From: Azolla caroliniana
Lineage: Eukaryota; Plantae; Polypodiophyta
Direction: 5' to 3'
Length of the DNA: 64,000 nt
Assembly (NCBI GenBank): GCA_043228905.1
Contig: JBHGNT010000001.1
Coordinates: 31,000,001 to 31,064,000, forward strand
Notes under the pieces: generated by a model
What the model was told of the DNA's origin: nothing
Databases searched by the model: none
The model's input: only the letters and a program-made list of their open reading frames with translations
Program-made: the position numbers and the translations under genes
Part shown: positions 61,500 to 64,000 of the stretch, in pieces
How the letters are laid out: each line of letters opens with the position of its first letter
Position numbering within the stretch: the stretch's first letter is position 1

Positions 61500-63100
61500 C
61501 ACTCACATAGCCTCAACATAAGTCAAACCTCTCTTTCATAAGAAGGTAGCTAGCCTTCTTATATCGCCTGCAAAAACCCTAGTCCCTAATGTGTTCACAC
61601 TTGACTACTTTAGATGAAATAGTCAAGTGATAACATACTTACGAGTTATCTCACACTGTAAAATTGTAATTTATTCAATTCATACCCTTGTTCATTTCAA
61701 AATTGGCCCATATGTACTTATCATAACATCAAGGAAAACTACAGAAAACCTATTTCATGAACAACTATGGTTATGCATGTAACATTCATTCTATAATCAT
61801 TCCCCAATTAAACCAACTTGGTTGCGCTATTTACAAGGTTAGGATGTTTGAATTGTGTGGAGTTATTCCAATATGAAGATATACTACTTGAAATGGTCAT
61901 GCATGAGAAAAGAATACAAGGTCAATCCACGAACAATCTAAGCAACATAATCCTCTATAAACACAAGAAGTTTGGGGTGAGATAGACAAGGCATATGTGA
62001 AATCATACACCCTATCGAATACACCACAGGGTTATTCCTTATGGAACCACTATCTGTGATAATTACCAAGTGCCATACATTGACCATATTTTCATCAATG
62101 GATTCTCATAATGCAAACAAATCATAGTTGTCCCTAAGGACCGACACAATACAACTTTTACTAGGGTGTTTGAAACTTTTCATAGAAACATATATTGTCC
62201 AAGCTAACAAGTGCATTAACACTTATCAACACAAGCGGATCACATATTCACATTTATCCTCAACAAGGAAACAAAGTCACGTGTAGATGAACTATATTGC
62301 AACCACACTTGGGGAAAGCACTTGACCATATGATGGGATATCGTTGAAACAAGTTGAGAGTATTTGTTATCATTGAACCCATTAACATGCCAAGATTGGT
62401 TTAAGAATGACTTGATACTTGGACATGATACACATCACCATAATAGTACATATAAGGGGGAGGGAACTACATCAATGACCTACCTACTTGTGAAGCATCA
62501 GTCTTTTCCGATTTACTTAAATTATCTAATCTTGGTGGTCCATGAATGTGTGTTATTCTACTTGATCCTATTATTATTACACTTGACGGAAAATTTTAAA
62601 GATAAAGTTTCTAATCCCCAAAATACCTTTCATGTATATCCTATATTCATGCTAAGTTAAATTGTTATGTTTCTTGTCCTGTTTTCTTGGTATTACATGT
62701 CTCATGTCAAATAGCAAATAATGCTCCAATCAGTTTATGAACCAATAAAGATATTGGGATGGATTTACAATAAGTATCACTTGGACAAAAATGTGGCACA
62801 AACTTACGTCAATGACCCAGAAAAATAACTAATGCACCTATGCAAGATTTGAATACATGAGACATAACCATAGTTTGTCAGCATTGACAACTACTCATGA
62901 CACAAGAAAAACTTCACTCTAAGTTCCAAGTTCTCCAACTTTGCCTCAACTTAAGAAATTTGTGAAAACATATAAACTTGATTGAAAGAAAATTTTGAGT
63001 CCATCTTTGGGAAATTTGGGTTATATTTGGAGAAATCCACAAGAACCTTGCAAATCATCAACCCACATCAACCTCACACAAATAAACAAAAAATTAGTAC
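61500..63100 (-). pseudogene. Possible highly decayed LINE RT
   Basis: Only faint motifs in the expected order (PKDGL, FKIF, FAGD); no open frame. Confidence 0.25.
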
Positions 63101-64000
63101 AAATGAAGATTCATTAAAGCAAAATTTGGGAAATGAACATTGGAGCTAATCAAAGCCACCTCAACCACTCAGAGGTAGTCTATTGGGCAAAAAACCAAGG
63201 TTATTTTGACAATAATTTCATAGCGCTTTGATCTTAACCATTCAAACTGTTCTCTATTCTATTAAAAGAAACATGAACAAGAGGGAGCAGCCAATCGAAT
63301 GGTATGGGTGGGCCAAGGGCCGGTGCAAGAAATAGATATATATGTAGCAAGTTTTGGGCTCCATTCACCTCAAGGATGTTGTTCCAAGGTGTGCCATATC
63401 TTGATAATCTAGAAGGAAACTCATATAAAATATTAGAATACGAGGTCCAAAGAAGTAGCAGCTAGGTAACGTGAAAACCCACTTTTAGGCCACTAGAGGA
63501 TGTATTGAGCAAGATATGTAATGAAAGTTAAGGAATGTGGAAAGACCATTAACCACATCATATAGAGAGACCTTTTGTGATATATTGTTATTATCTTCTA
63601 AGTTTGTATGATTAAAACTCTCCTAAGCTTTGCACCTTAACATCACCATAAGACCTTCACCATAACTAATGGATAACACTTCCTTCACAAGATCTTTTAA
63701 CCATCTTTTTTATTGCATTTAATCCAAATGAAAAACAACACCTTACATCATCTTTGCCATATTCGTCTCTCTCTTTTTGCTCAACTTACTTAGGATAGGA
63801 TTGTGTTTAAGAACAAAGGATATCATCATCAAAGTTTATAAAACACTTCCATATATTAAATGTATTTGTGAACAAACTCAATCTTCACATCATATAATTT
63901 TTAGTGGAAAGGATAAAATAAGAAACACGAAAGTTTGCAAAGACTTTTTTGTTTTTGTTTTTGTTTTTTCTCGTATGTTTTTTCTTTAAAAACACATGAC

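Overview
Plant-type eukaryotic repeat DNA with no recognisable host gene. The lineage mix suggests a non-seed land plant (inference). Positions 1-57.8 kb are a deeply nested LTR-retrotransposon stack; 57.8-64 kb is a LINE 3' remnant followed by decayed AT-rich DNA. The dominant group is a non-chromovirus Ty3/gypsy lineage with TGTCG...CGACA termini, a tRNA-Trp PBS, a Gag-protease ORF1 (DHG active site) and an RT(FLDD)-RNaseH-integrase ORF2. It includes one near-intact copy (46406-53738), several damaged copies, solo LTRs and pol-less gag-only derivatives. Also present: Tnt1-like Ty1/copia elements, a self-priming Tcn1-like gypsy, and a Tat-like element carrying an antisense coiled-coil ORF. 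Main signals: (1) all 13 readable insertion sites of the dominant lineage are 4-mers centred on CpG, six confirmed as two-sided 4-bp TSDs; (2) a conserved G-GAU-UUU-UAG -1 frameshift site plus downstream stem lies after the protease; (3) three LTRs carry antisense tRNA-like A/B-box modules; (4) non-autonomous elements have long repeat-built Gag extensions. Element letters A-N are my own labels. Clade names are from memory, not database searches.
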